Made by a program: the position numbers and the translations under genes. The notes under the pieces are model-generated. The model was not told the DNA's origin, ran no database searches, and saw only the letters and a list, made by a program, of their open reading frames with translations. Shown one piece after another: positions 12,256-24,342 of a stretch of DNA of 64,000 bases. Every line of letters starts with the position of its first letter. Within the stretch, counting starts at the first letter, position 1. Origin of the DNA: Macrostomum lignano (lineage: Eukaryota); the NCBI GenBank assembly GCA_002269645.1, contig NIVC01000029.1, positions 124,001-188,000 of the forward strand, read 5' to 3'.

Positions 12256-12779
12256 CTCTACCACCTAAAGACAGCTTTGACTTCAGCAAGACTATGATTT
12301 AAAACCGACGCTGTCAACGTCACAGTTGTTGCAAATATTAAACTCGAAAATGTTTCAGATAAAAATTAAAGATTAGTAGAGACAACCACTCATTCTTAAA
12401 TTCCTAAATTCATTCTTAAATGCATCAAATCAACATTTCTTTGTGGTTAAAATGTACAATGTTAATGTTGGCCAATCGGGGTATAAATATATTTTTTCTG
12501 TTAATTTTAGTCTATGGTCTGAAGCATAAGCTCAGAACTTGCTTCCAGGCCTCGGCGCTAACTTTTATTTTCTTGCTACATGTACTCTGGCTTTCGTGCG
12601 AACTATTTGGACATGGTCATGCGGTTGGGTGAGTGAGACGTAAATAAGCAGCACTCTGTGCCATAGACAGTTTTTTGCCAACAAAATTCGGCAACCGCGC
12701 AAGCTATTCAACAGATCTCGATCTTCAGAGTCAAACAAAACGTAAAATATTAGATTTGATCCTACGAGCGTTCATAAAC

Positions 12780-15457
12780 ATGTCGGAAAAGAAGGAACGA
12801 CAGCGTCGTAGAAAGCACAGCGGCATCGACCTAGACCAAGTGGTCATTAAAGTGGGCATCTACAAGCGACCATTGTATTCTCTGGGCCAGTTCGGGGCCC
12901 TACTCGGCTTAGATCACGAGGCGGCTGTTGCTACCACTGTGAACAGTGGGCTCTATCTGATTGAGAAGGGTGAGTTTCGGGTAGCATATCCGTCGTCTTT
13001 ATTTCCGTCGCATGTATAGGATGGTTGCATGGTTTGATACTTGATTTGATTTAGCTTTTGCTTTGAACTTTTATATTTAGGGCCATGACCAAACTATTTG
13101 CACAGAGTTGCCAAAGCGTATTTTTTTTTTAGAGGCAGGGGGGTTGTGTGCACCCCGGCGCACTTTAAGCGACATAGGCACACAACCGGCGAGAGGCATT
13201 ACTGCCCATTCCGCAGACTCCCCTGAGCAGGCATACAAGCGCGCGGATACGTACGCAGGCACACACTCACACAGGAGTGTACAGCGGCCCTAACTTTATT
13301 TTATCGTTAGGCATGTACACTTCACTGCGCCTTGGGGGGTTGGCTCTCAAGGCCGTTAATTGCACAAGCGAACCAAGCCAAGATTCCAATCCAGCCCCAA
13401 ATTAATGTGGCTGCACTTGGAATCGAGCCTGGGTTGCGGCACACCAGAGCAGCTGCGCTACCGCTGGGCTACGGCCCCCGCTGCCAAAGAGTAGGTAAAA
13501 TTAACTGATAAAAAATAATGGTTCATTTTTTAACTTTGAACTTACTTTGAACTTTAACTTTGGTCATTTTAGACTTTGAATGTTATAATCCTAGGCCTTA
13601 ATTATTAAAGAACCAATATCTTTTTCAACCCAAAACACCGTGCATATAATTCACTTACAACGTCCGTTATACGAGCGTAAAAATTTATTGTGTATTGCAT
13701 TCCAGTGCCACAAGGTGTATCCCTGATACATTATTGATGAGTGTAACTCATTCAACCAATCAATATGGAGCACTACCTAGCTTAAACTTTAGGTTAAAGG
13801 ATAATCAGAAGTTTACTAGATTATCTGGAGGCAAACCAACCCCACGTTCGATGAACAGTAATTTGACAGTTGAATTCTGCATTGGCTTGGTTCAAAAGGG
13901 GCTCTGTAAGTTCATCAACTCAAAATTAAAGAAAAATGCTACTGAACTCTAAAAACGCAAAAATGGAGCACAATTAACGCTCCTTGATGATTCGTTTGTA
14001 AACGATACAGTGCATTGTTGCATTACCATGCATTAACATGCAAAGATGATTGACAGTTTGATATTAAAAAACTGGAATATTCTCATCTCGCAGGATTCGA
14101 CCTTTAAAATTTTTTTATAGAATGAGGGTGTCACGCCATGATACAAGGGAAATTCTAGTCCTCCCTGTTAAATTTATTGCTGTAACACCTCCGGCTCCAG
14201 GTGGCCCGCACGATGACATCAACTTTCCCGCCAGATACCGCGAAGGCGAATGCCGAATCGTTGAAATAACTCCAAAAGACATTCGCGATTGGGAACTAAT
14301 CCGGCCCATTGGTAAGGTCAATCCCGGGGTCACTCTGGAGGACTTGTTCGACTCATGCGGCAGCGAATACGGACTGGCCACTGACAACTGCTGGAACGGC
14401 ACGCATCGGATTCGAGCCACGTGCAACCCGGATGAGGACGGAATGACCTGGCAGGAAAAAGGAGCCCTGCGAGCTGCAGTTGGAGTTGGAATTGCCGTTG
14501 CAGCTGCAGGAATCTTGGCTTTTGCTCTGTCTGGGAATTCTAAAGAAGTGAGGCAACGGATGTAAAACCATTAGTAGTCTTCAGTTCACATTAGTTCATT
14601 TAGTTCATTATTATTCCTTTTATCGCAGGGTGCCCGAAGGATTGCACCTCGGTGGGACACAACAGGTGCTTCCAGTCGAATTGACCTCAAAGTTACTTTT
14701 CAAGATTTATAGAGGCAGGCTGTGTGTGCAGCCTCGCGCACTCTGTCTCATTGTCACACAATCGGCGAGAAGCATTACTGCCCATTCCCCTGAGTAGGCA
14801 CACAAGCGCTTAGATGCGTACATTTATAGTTAGGCATGTAAACTTCACTGTGCCTTGGGGGTTGGCCCTCAAGGGCATTAACTGTGCGAGTAGAGCCAAT
14901 TAGGTGAGATTCCAGTTCAGCCCTAAATTAATGTGTCTTGTATTTGGAATCGAGCCTGGGCCGCTGGCACATCAGAGCGCAGCGCCAGACCACTTGGCTA
15001 CACCTCCACTGTAATTGACTCCTCCCGACCAACTATTTATCGTTTATTCAATCCAGTAGCAAGTTTTGCTTGTTTTGTCATATCAGCAGGAAAATTGGAT
15101 TTTTCGGTTCGATTGACATACATGTATTTTAAGCCTTTTCGAGGTACGAGTATATAGATATATCGAGAGCTTTAGAGGCAGTGCTGACTGGAATTCGCAG
15201 TAGGTCTTCTAGTGCCAAACCTGCTAGTGTAATAGCAGAAGACATTCTACTATTTAGGGGTCCGCAGCTTAAGCCCTTGACCTCCTAGCTTGGCCTCCTG
15301 TGAATCTGTCGGGTTTATAATGCTAAAGACAACAGAACTATGTCTTGATTATTGACACCTCAGCACTCCCGTCGTATGGTTCTTGCTTGTAGTAAACGCG
15401 AAAATATAACCACAAGCCACAAATTTGAATTTTCAGAAGGAAAAGGCAAAGCAGTGA
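12780..15457 (+). CDS. LRAT/PLAAT-like protein, copy B; exons 12780-12969, 14201-14547, 15437-15457; 185 aa
   Basis: Same intron positions and phases as copy A; motifs LDHEAAV and EYGLATDNCWN; ends KEKAKQ*. Confidence 0.75.
13117..13481 (-). mobile_element. Full-length tRNA-derived SINE in intron 1 of copy B
   Basis: Minus-strand head GGGGCCGTAGCCCAGCGG...GGCTCGATTCC with poly-A tail. Apparent target-site duplication (TSD) TGCCAAAG at 13109-13116 and 13482-13489. Absent at the homologous site of copy C (~20390). Confidence 0.9.
14711..15008 (-). mobile_element. Degenerate copy of the same SINE (intron 2 of copy B)
   Basis: Colinear similarity to the 13.1 kb copy with small internal deletions. 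Confidence 0.8.
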
Positions 15458-17072
15458 TCAACAAATAAGGTTTAACAAATCAAAATACTCGGAGGATCAA
15501 CACGCTTAGCTGCAAACTTGTGTCTAGTAGAGCGACTTTACTCTCTCTTAAATGTATGCATGTGTAATCTATGTGGTTCTAATAGAGACATGACTATACA
15601 TTAATGATTTATCGATGGTACTTCAGACCTTCAAATTATTGTGTCCTCTGTTCGCAGTGCTTTAATTTTTTTTATTGATGTCAAATAACTGACACGACTG
15701 ACATAAACCAACATTTTGCATTTTAAATAAAAAGCAACTATCGACTGACTATCGATACCTCATTTTTACCTTTCATAGGGTTACAAAGAGATCAAAGTTG
15801 TTTCAGATTTAAAATAATAAATTCCTTTCAAACTTGTTACCCAAAGTAAATAATTTAGGAATGACGCATTGAAATTTGAGAAAAATGCTCTAAAAAATTA
15901 ACCTAGCTCGTAGATTGATTCTCCTGAAAGATTTCATCGTAACGGTGTAGGCCATTGGCAGATTGAATGAGTTTATTTAATATATTTTAAAATTCAATCT
16001 GAAATATTGCTTCTTGTAGCTTCTTTTCGTTGCCAATACTGTACGAAAGTACGCACTCGACATACACACTCACACAGGTGTACAGCGTTCCTTATAATTG
16101 TACTTTTCGTTCCTTACGTTAAACCCTGAAAATATCGACAGAGCTTTTAAACTTTAAAAGCAAGATGTACAGCATAGATTCGACCATAGACAATTTATTG
16201 GGCAGAAGTGGAGCTGCCTGTAGCATAGTCTTACTAAAGATGCACAGCTTCTCGTGTGAGACTTTTTCAGCAGCCATAGACTATACGATCCCCTCTATAG
16301 TAGGTAGTAGGATTATATACGCTTTCTATACATAAATATACATATACATGAATCATATAATGCGCTATGCTCGTTCAACCGCTAGTTTCACTTCTCGTTG
16401 AATAAGCTGGAGAAAGCCATATGTTCCGCCGCCGCTGCCGCTGCCCAGGATTCTGGGACTACTGCCGCCGCTGCGACCGGATTAAGTCGCTTCTGCTGTT
16501 GCGCCCAGCAGCAGCCACAGTCACCAACAGTTTCGCCAAGTAGGCTCAGCAGCAAAAGCACTGTTCTTTTGCCACAGCCAGGTAAGAGTATTTTTGTTTT
16601 TATTGGTGCTGCTTTCGATGACGAAAATATTTTGTCCGAAAATATTCTGGTGCATTCATGCCCCAAATCAAATTGCATCCGTCGCTCCCTCTGTTCACGT
16701 CGTTGACAGGCGGCTGTTCAAGAAGGCGCTGCGGCCGCTTCCTATAGGACGGCCCAGAATACTACTGCCATTCCGACGATGCAACGGATGCCTCCATTGG
16801 TGAAAAGCCAGACAATCGTCGCGCATGCCGTGGAATGTCTGTGCTGCAACTGGCATGCGTCGTATTTGAAGCAGCCCGGAGCGCTGAAAATGATGCTCGT
16901 GTCTGCCTGAAGCTGTCGAATTGAGCGACTCAATCGGCGATCAGTGAGTGGGGTTAGGACCTGTCCCCCTGTCCCCATCGCAATCTATGCAAGTTTGTAT
17001 ACTTCTCCCTCAAAAAATAAAAAAATCATTGCCTATTTTCTTCAATCAGAATCACAATAAAGACACCAATAC

Positions 17073-17096
17073 CAACAACAACAACAACAACAACAA
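17073..17096. repeat. (CAA)n microsatellite
   Basis: Direct reading. Confidence 0.9.
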
Positions 17097-17554
17097 GAGT
17101 AACAACTAAAACAACTAAAAAACGGCATACTACGATTCAATACAACACAAAAATAGGCGCCAGTAATAACGAGTTTCCCGCTATCCAGAACCCACATTAT
17201 GGAGCCGTGCACTGAGTACACTCTTCTGACTAGCGACAACAATATCAGTCAGAAGACATCCAGCTTTCATGCATTTATTAGCATCGCAGTACTCCATAAC
17301 TGTTGCGATTTGATTGGAAGGTTGCGGGACATGTTCAAAAAATCCGGTCGCAACGCTGACGTCTTTGCCATGCGCAACTGGACCCAAATTGAAATTAAGA
17401 GTGTCCCCAGCGCGGCGATCTGTATGGCGTGTGCGAGCGCCAACCAGCCACCCTCTTCCACAGCAACAACGCCACCCTCTTCCACAGCAACAACACCACC
17501 ACACCGCTAAAGAATGGCTGTAGTAACAGCAGCAGCAACAGCAACCACAGCAGC

Positions 17555-17865
17555 CTGAATGTATGGTGTGCCAGCTTCGCGCAGGCATGACGATGCTCTG
17601 CGCCGAGACCCAGCACCGATTCGGTATGATCGATAATCCGCAGTGCCCGGACTGCGGAGAACTCGACGACAGCGCCCATGCGCTACTTCACTGCCACCGG
17701 GGAGACGCTCGACGGATGGCCCTGGTCGGGAACGATCACGAGGAGCTCCTCCGGAACCCGGGAAAATGTCTCTCGCTCCTTCGGAGCATGGGGCGATGGC
17801 CCCCGCAAATCTCGGCGCCGCCGCGCCGGTAAAGCGAGCGCTGAAGACGAAGAAGAAGAAGAAGC
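17555..17865 (+). mobile_element. 3' end remnant of a non-LTR retrotransposon
   Basis: QLRAG...CPDCGELDDSAHALLHC is the C-terminal CCHC-type motif found after LINE reverse transcriptase (RT); the stop is followed by a (GAA)n tail at ~17843-17865. Confidence 0.7.
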
Positions 17866-20032
17866 CTGAATGTACAGCTCTCAGGCTTTATGACGACATT
17901 ATGTACATGGGTACGAGTGTGTGCACCTTCCAGGCAGAAGGAAATCTGAGGTTTATCTGTAGAGAAGGCCCACCGCCGACCATTTCTCTTTGGGGCCTTC
18001 TGGCGTTGAAAAAACAGCTAATATGGTGTACCGTTGTAGCTACGATCGGACTACGATCTGCTCTAACGTCTATGGCTCAATTTGTTACAGTTGGGGCTGC
18101 ATCTCGTTTGGGCTTCATATGTTACACTGGCGTACCTGACCAGAGCTACTGCTTTATTTATGAAAAGTGAGTTTTAGAAAGGAAGAAAGGAAGGGGCAAA
18201 CTATGTAGACTTTTTGAACGAGCAGTTTTTTGTTTAACCGACCAAACGACCACCGCAGTGGAGGTTCGAGCTACCAGCAACAGTTCCAGCACAGTCAGCA
18301 ACAGGGCGCAAGCACAAATGAAATGCATTCAGTGCATGCTAGCCTATGTTAAACACAACCCGCATGTATCTGAAATCGCCGGTGGAGTGCATGCAGCTAC
18401 CCGCGGCGGTATAGGTAGGCCAAAAAATGAAGTCTGTCAGGTGTATAGCGTTTTAACTTTGCTGACCTTATTCAGTGAGCCGCTGCTGACCTGGCAAAAC
18501 GGTAACAATGACCTACTTCGTCAGTGTCGCCAACTCACAGTTTGTGTTGTGCACCAGCGAAGGTGAACTGATGTCAGTGGTGTCAACGTTCAGCTGTTTA
18601 ACACGCCAAATCGATTCTCGGTTGTTCCAGCGTCAGCAGACCAAACATATTTTTCAGCTCCAAACAGGACAGTGTGGATATCGGGCGGCCAGAGTTGGTT
18701 GACAATCGAACGGTCGTGCAAGCCACTGTCGATCAGATGGAATTTAGCGAGCCTCCGCCACCGCTAAATCTGCTGCCGTCGTCACCGCCGCAGCCGCCGA
18801 GTCCGAAAGCGACGACGTAGTTACACCGTCATAGAATGTCGCATCCGCTCCGGCGACCGCTGAAGCAAGCACATACGCTGGTGATAGATAAGGAATCGCC
18901 AGGGACTATTTCAGAGCAGCAGAAACAGCCCCCCCGCGCAGAGTTAGCGCCCTGACTGCATGGTGCTAGACACCCGGTCCTATTAGCTACGTCTAGCTAC
19001 AATGTCCGTGACCCGAAGAAGAATAAGAAAAAGGTAACATTGGCCGTGTTCTTTCGCAACCAGTTACCCAAATGGAACGTTAGCCACATCAGTCTAAACG
19101 TAAACGCAGTGCGGCTGCGGCAATTACGTCTGGCACAGATTTCCAGGCAACAGTGGTGAGAGACCCGCTCAGACTCGGTTGTTTAAGCAGCGCAATACCA
19201 AAATTATGACCAGCACAGTTCCCTTAAAAATAAACATATTTTTCCATTGCCATTTTAGAGTTGTGACAGTCTGATCGCAACTAAGAAACATTAACATCTC
19301 GCTCATGTAAATATGCCTCTAAAGCCAATCAATATTTTTCAACGGATGTGTGCTCGGCATAAGCTCGTAATATTGTGGTACCGCATGCACTCACCCAAGT
19401 GAAAACGATGTACGTATTGAAAGCTGCCTACAGCTATTTCTATTTGTGATTTTCATTGAAATTTTTTATCTGCATCATCTACATTAGCAGTGTAAAATTT
19501 TGTAACTATGCTAATTGTTGCTTAAATTCTGTAGTTTAAAAAAATACAAATTCACAGTTTCTACATTATCTACCGTCTTTTTATTTCCATATTTTTTCGA
19601 ATAAGTATAGATTGTCTACTTGTTAGTATTAGTAGCTCACTAGCTTAGCATTGTGATGGCCCAGTTTCTTTGCTTTGTTAGTTTGATTTAACTGCTAGAT
19701 GCATACATAGCTGTATTGATGTTAAGAAACAGTTTGAGTTGTATACCTACCGCTATAGCTACCGCCGCTTTAACAAAGTCAGCAACTTTTTACTGCCGCT
19801 TTGCCACAATGCTTAAACTTTTAATACCGCTTTACTATTGTCCGTTAAAGAAGCCAACTAGAGAATTAATAGGAAATTTGTAAAGCGCCCCATGAAAACA
19901 AGTCACCAGTTCTATGCCAATTTCCAAACGATATTAACTACAGGAAAGCATGGACTAACATATCAAGCTCTCCGACCTCAATCTTCAGAGACAAAGAAAA
20001 CCATAAAATATTAATTTGATCTTGCATAGACG

Positions 20033-22978
20033 ATGGCGGACAAGAGGAAACGACAGCTTCGTAGAAAGCACTGCGGCATCGACCTAGACCAAGTGGTCAT
20101 TAAAGTCGGCATCTACAAGCGACCATTTTATTCTGCGGGCAACAAGTTCGGTGCCCTTCACGGCTTTGTTCACGAGGCGGCTGTTGTTACTACTAAGAAC
20201 GGTGGGCTCTATCTGATTGAGAAGGGTGAGTTTCGGGTAGCATATCCGTCGTTATTTCCGTCGCATTTATAGGATGGTGGCACGGTTTGATACTTGATTT
20301 GATTTGGATTTTGCTATGGCCTTATGCGTGTTTAAACTTTTATTCTTTGAACTTTATTTAGAGCCATGACCAATTCTAATTGCACAGAGTTGCCAAAAAG
20401 CAGGTAAAATCAACTAATAAAAAATAATGGTTCATACTGTAACAGTCCTTTTAGACTTTGAATGTTATAATCCTAGGTCTTGATCCTTAACATCTACGGT
20501 ACGGGTGGATTTTGCGACCCAAAACACCTAGCATATAATGAACTTGTATATTAATTTTTATGTATATGGTGTTTCCGTCTCACAAAATGTAGCCCTGATA
20601 CATCGATGAGAGTGTAACTCATTTAACTAATCAATATGGAGCACTACCTAGATCAAACTTTGGGTTAAAAGATAATCAGAAGTTTAATATGGATTATCTG
20701 GTGGTAAACCCCACGTTCGACGAACAGTAATTTGACAGCCGAATTCTGCATTTGCTTGGTTCAAAGGGGCTCTGTAAGTTCATCAACTCAAATGGAGGAA
20801 ACTGTTACTGTAGTATGAAAAAAACGCAACAAATGGAGAACCATTAACGCTCTTTGATGATTAGTTTTTAAGCGATGCAGTGCATTGTTGCAAAAATGCA
20901 TTTAGAGAGCACACTGAACTTTCGCCTTTCCTACTTCCAGAGGTTTAAAAAATGAACTCAACAAGCATATAGAAGCATGTAGATGTATAACTGAAGCCTT
21001 GACAATCAGATATTGACAGTTTGGTATTAAAAATTGTAATGTCATCTCGTAGGGATTCGACCTTCAAAAAAACTGCATAGAACACTGGTAATACGAGTGA
21101 GGCACTTACCAGGGCAAATTCTAGGTGCTCATTGTTACAATTTATTGCTGTAACACCTCCGGCTCCAGGTGGTCCGAACGACGACATCAGCTATCGGGCC
21201 AGATACCGCGAAGGCGAATGCCGAATCGTTAAAATCATTCGACGAGACATTCGCGATTGGGAACTGATCCGGCAGGTTGGCAAGGTCGATCCCGGCGTCA
21301 CTCTGAAGGACCTGTTCGACTCGTGCGGCAGCGACTATGGACTGTTCACTGACAACTGCTGGAACGGCACGCATCGGATTCGAGCCAAGGCCAGCCCGGA
21401 TGAGGACGGAATGACCTGGCAGGAAAAAGGAGCCCTGGGAGCTGCAGTTGGAGTTGGAATTGCCACTGCAGCCGCAGGGATCTTGGCTATCGCTCTGTCT
21501 GGGAATTCTAAAGAGGTAAGAGGTTATATTGTTAGTGAAAGAGATGTAAAAACCAAGTCTAAGAAATTTGCTAGCAGGAAATCTGCTAGTCGAAGTTTGC
21601 TAGCGAGAAATTTGCTTGCCGAAATCTGCTAGCCGAAATCTGCTAGCCGAAACCTGCTAGCCGAAGTTTGCCAGCCGAAGCTTGCTAGCAGGAATTTTGC
21701 TAGCGAGGATTTTGCTAGCCGAGATTTGCTAGCGAGAATCCAACCAAAACCGGCAAGCAGCAATTGGGCTAGCCGAACTCAGGAAGTTGTAATTAGCTAG
21801 AGACAATTTGCTTGTCCAGTTTCGCAAGAATTTCACTAAATCCTCTATAGCGTCGCTCCACTTTTACCAATCCTCTTCAACTTGGACACAATGAATTTTC
21901 AACTATTTGGACACAATCCTGTAAAGTTTCGAGTCTCGAAGTAAATTCTGAACGGCACTGTGTACTTTTAAAGTTAGTCTGCCTTTCGTCAGCGAGACAG
22001 CCACCCCAACCTCCGCCTCTCTCTCCTTCCTGGCCACTGGACAGATGTGTGAAAGGGGTTTAAAATTAACTAACTTTCAGCTGCCATAAGCTTGCTCCAC
22101 GTACGGCGATTGACTTCAAACTTGATACAATTCTTCATTGAGTCATTCTTTGTCTAAATAAAGTCTCAACTTTGTACCTCAATCAGGACAGAAACTGTAG
22201 GCAAGTGAAGTTTGTCTGCTTTTTCCGTTGTGCCGCTCATCGGACTCATCCAACTCATTCCCCTCCCCCAGACCAAGGATCAGGTGATAGGGCTCAATGT
22301 ACATAGCAAATTTACAGTGTTTTGGAATAACTTTTTATAGCCTTCTCTGCTAACGTTTAGCCATGACAGTTTAGTAAGCAATTCAACTACCGTCCTACTA
22401 CGAGCTATCTGATTGCAACTTGAGAGTATTCTGTTCCCCACAATGACAAACTGACTTTCCAAGCACTTGAAATGATGCTGATGCTTTAAGTTATAAAATA
22501 TTTGGGATTTTTTACCCACTTCTCTGGATTTTTTACCCAAAACCGCGCATTACTATTGCCAGAAAACAAGCAATCTTTTGACACCGGTTGCAAGAAGTTC
22601 GGTCAGCAAATTCCCGCTAGCAGATTTCGGCTAGCTATATCCTCGCTAGCAAAATTCCTGCTAGCAAGCTTCAGGATACGTACGCAGTCATACGGACAGG
22701 CACACACACAGGAGTGTACAGCGGCCCTAACTTTATTTATCGTTAAGGCATGTACACTTCACTGTGCCTTGGGGGTGTGCCCTCAAAGACGTTAGTCTCA
22801 CGAGTAGAGCCAAGCCGAGATTCCAATTTAGCCTCGAATTAATGTGACTGCATTTGGAATCGAGCCTGGGCCGCTGGCACATCATAGCGACATCAACAGA
22901 ATCTCTTGCTTATAGTAACGCAAAAATCAATCACAAGTTGTTTATTTGAATTTTCAGAAAGAAAAAGCCAAGCAGTGA
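20033..22978 (+). CDS. LRAT/PLAAT-like protein, copy C; exons 20033-20225, 21169-21515, 22958-22978; 186 aa
   Basis: Same exon structure as A and B; motifs GFVHEAAV and DYGLFTDNCWN; ends KEKAKQ*. Confidence 0.75.
21560..22672. mobile_element. Foldback/MITE-like element with repeat-rich inverted ends, in intron 2 of copy C
   Basis: GCTAGC-cored ~14-15-bp repeats at 21560-21735. 22600-22672 is the reverse complement of ~21677-21735 (GAAGCTTGCTAGCAGGAATTTTGCTAGCGAGGAT). Confidence 0.6.
22673..22885 (-). mobile_element. Partial SINE copy abutting the truncated right arm of the foldback element
   Basis: Matches the middle part of the SINE; the 3' part is missing and the head is truncated. Confidence 0.75.
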
Positions 22979-24342
22979 TCCACCTGCGATTTAACAGATC
23001 AAATTTCGGAGGATCAACACGCTTAGCTGTCAACTTGTGCCAGAATCGAGCGACTCGACTCTCTTAAATGTATGCATATCTAATGTATGTGGATGATAAA
23101 TAATCACATGACTATGCAGTAAATATTTCTCGAAGGTGCGTCAAAATTTATTTTGAATTTTGCTTTTAGTATTGATACTTAATAGCGCGAACGCACCGCA
23201 TCTCGATCTGCTCCTTAATTGTTTAAATATCACATATCCGACCCTAACTGACGTGAAAAACCAATTATTGACTATATCGATAACTCCTGTGTTTGCAAAT
23301 ACGTTAATTCATACTATTTCTACCTTTCGTTGGGTTTCAAAGAAGTCAAAACCGATTTGGGGATGTTAAATAAAAATTATTTTATAGCTGTTACTTAAAG
23401 TAGATATTTTAAGAATGGTGCATTAAAATTCAAAAATAAAAATCGAAAGCTCTTTGAAACATTAACCCAGCTCGTAACATTGCTTCTCCTGAAAGGTCTC
23501 ATCATAACGGTAGGACATCGGCAGATTAAATTGGTTTATTTATTATCTGATTCAAAATGCAATCTGAAAGAAAAGAAGAAATATATCTGAAATATTGCTA
23601 CTATGTTTCTTTTCTTCATTTTTTATTGAAGACTGTTAAGAGTGTCATAGCACTACTCGTTTTAATGAGGTCAACCTAGATAAACAGCGCGCACGGAATC
23701 AAACTAGGGGGTCGTGGCGCGAGATTCAGACTCGTTTACCGATGACTGCTTTGCCCCCTAATGATAAGGAAGGTCACTAACATTTTAAAGATATTGCCAT
23801 TTTGAATTGATTTTTCAGACTGATTACTGATTACTGCTTGCATCGCTATCTTCATCACTCGTCGAGCAATGTGCCATATCGGTAGAAGCTCGAAGTTCTA
23901 ATTGCTCGTAATAGGGAAGGAATTTCAGCTATTTGCAAGCAAAAACTTTCTGATTCAAAGGAAATATCTTTGACCTGACGATATAATTACCACGAGAGAA
24001 AATTTCTGTTTTCTGATCCAGCCTCGACAATGAACAAGCCCTAACTGATGGACATCCTCGACTAGTAGTCTCTCGAGCATTAATTCGTCATCCTGATGAC
24101 ATATACGCCCTTTTAACAGGTAGCGAAATTGTTGAAACCTTGACGGCGATTTTCTTTGTGTCTGCTTGTGTTTAAGAATTTTGTTTCCACCCAAAAACAT
24201 ATTGTCTGTGGGAATCGACCCTTTACAGTAAATCTGCCCTTTCGTAAAAAACACAGACGGAAAAATAACTTGATATTGTTATGCCGTGGCTTTCGCCCGA
24301 GATAGAACAAGGATTTCCCTGGGTGGTCGGGTAGGTCTTGAT

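Noticed and set aside
9621-12302. Six 840-890-aa ORFs
   Set aside because: They result from an A-free tandem array with no possible stop codons; the translations are pure repeat.
13400-13481. tRNA gene (also 5222-5300 and 63480-63560)
   Set aside because: A/B boxes are followed by a shared ~290-bp body, A-tail and TSD; this is a SINE head with no complete cloverleaf.
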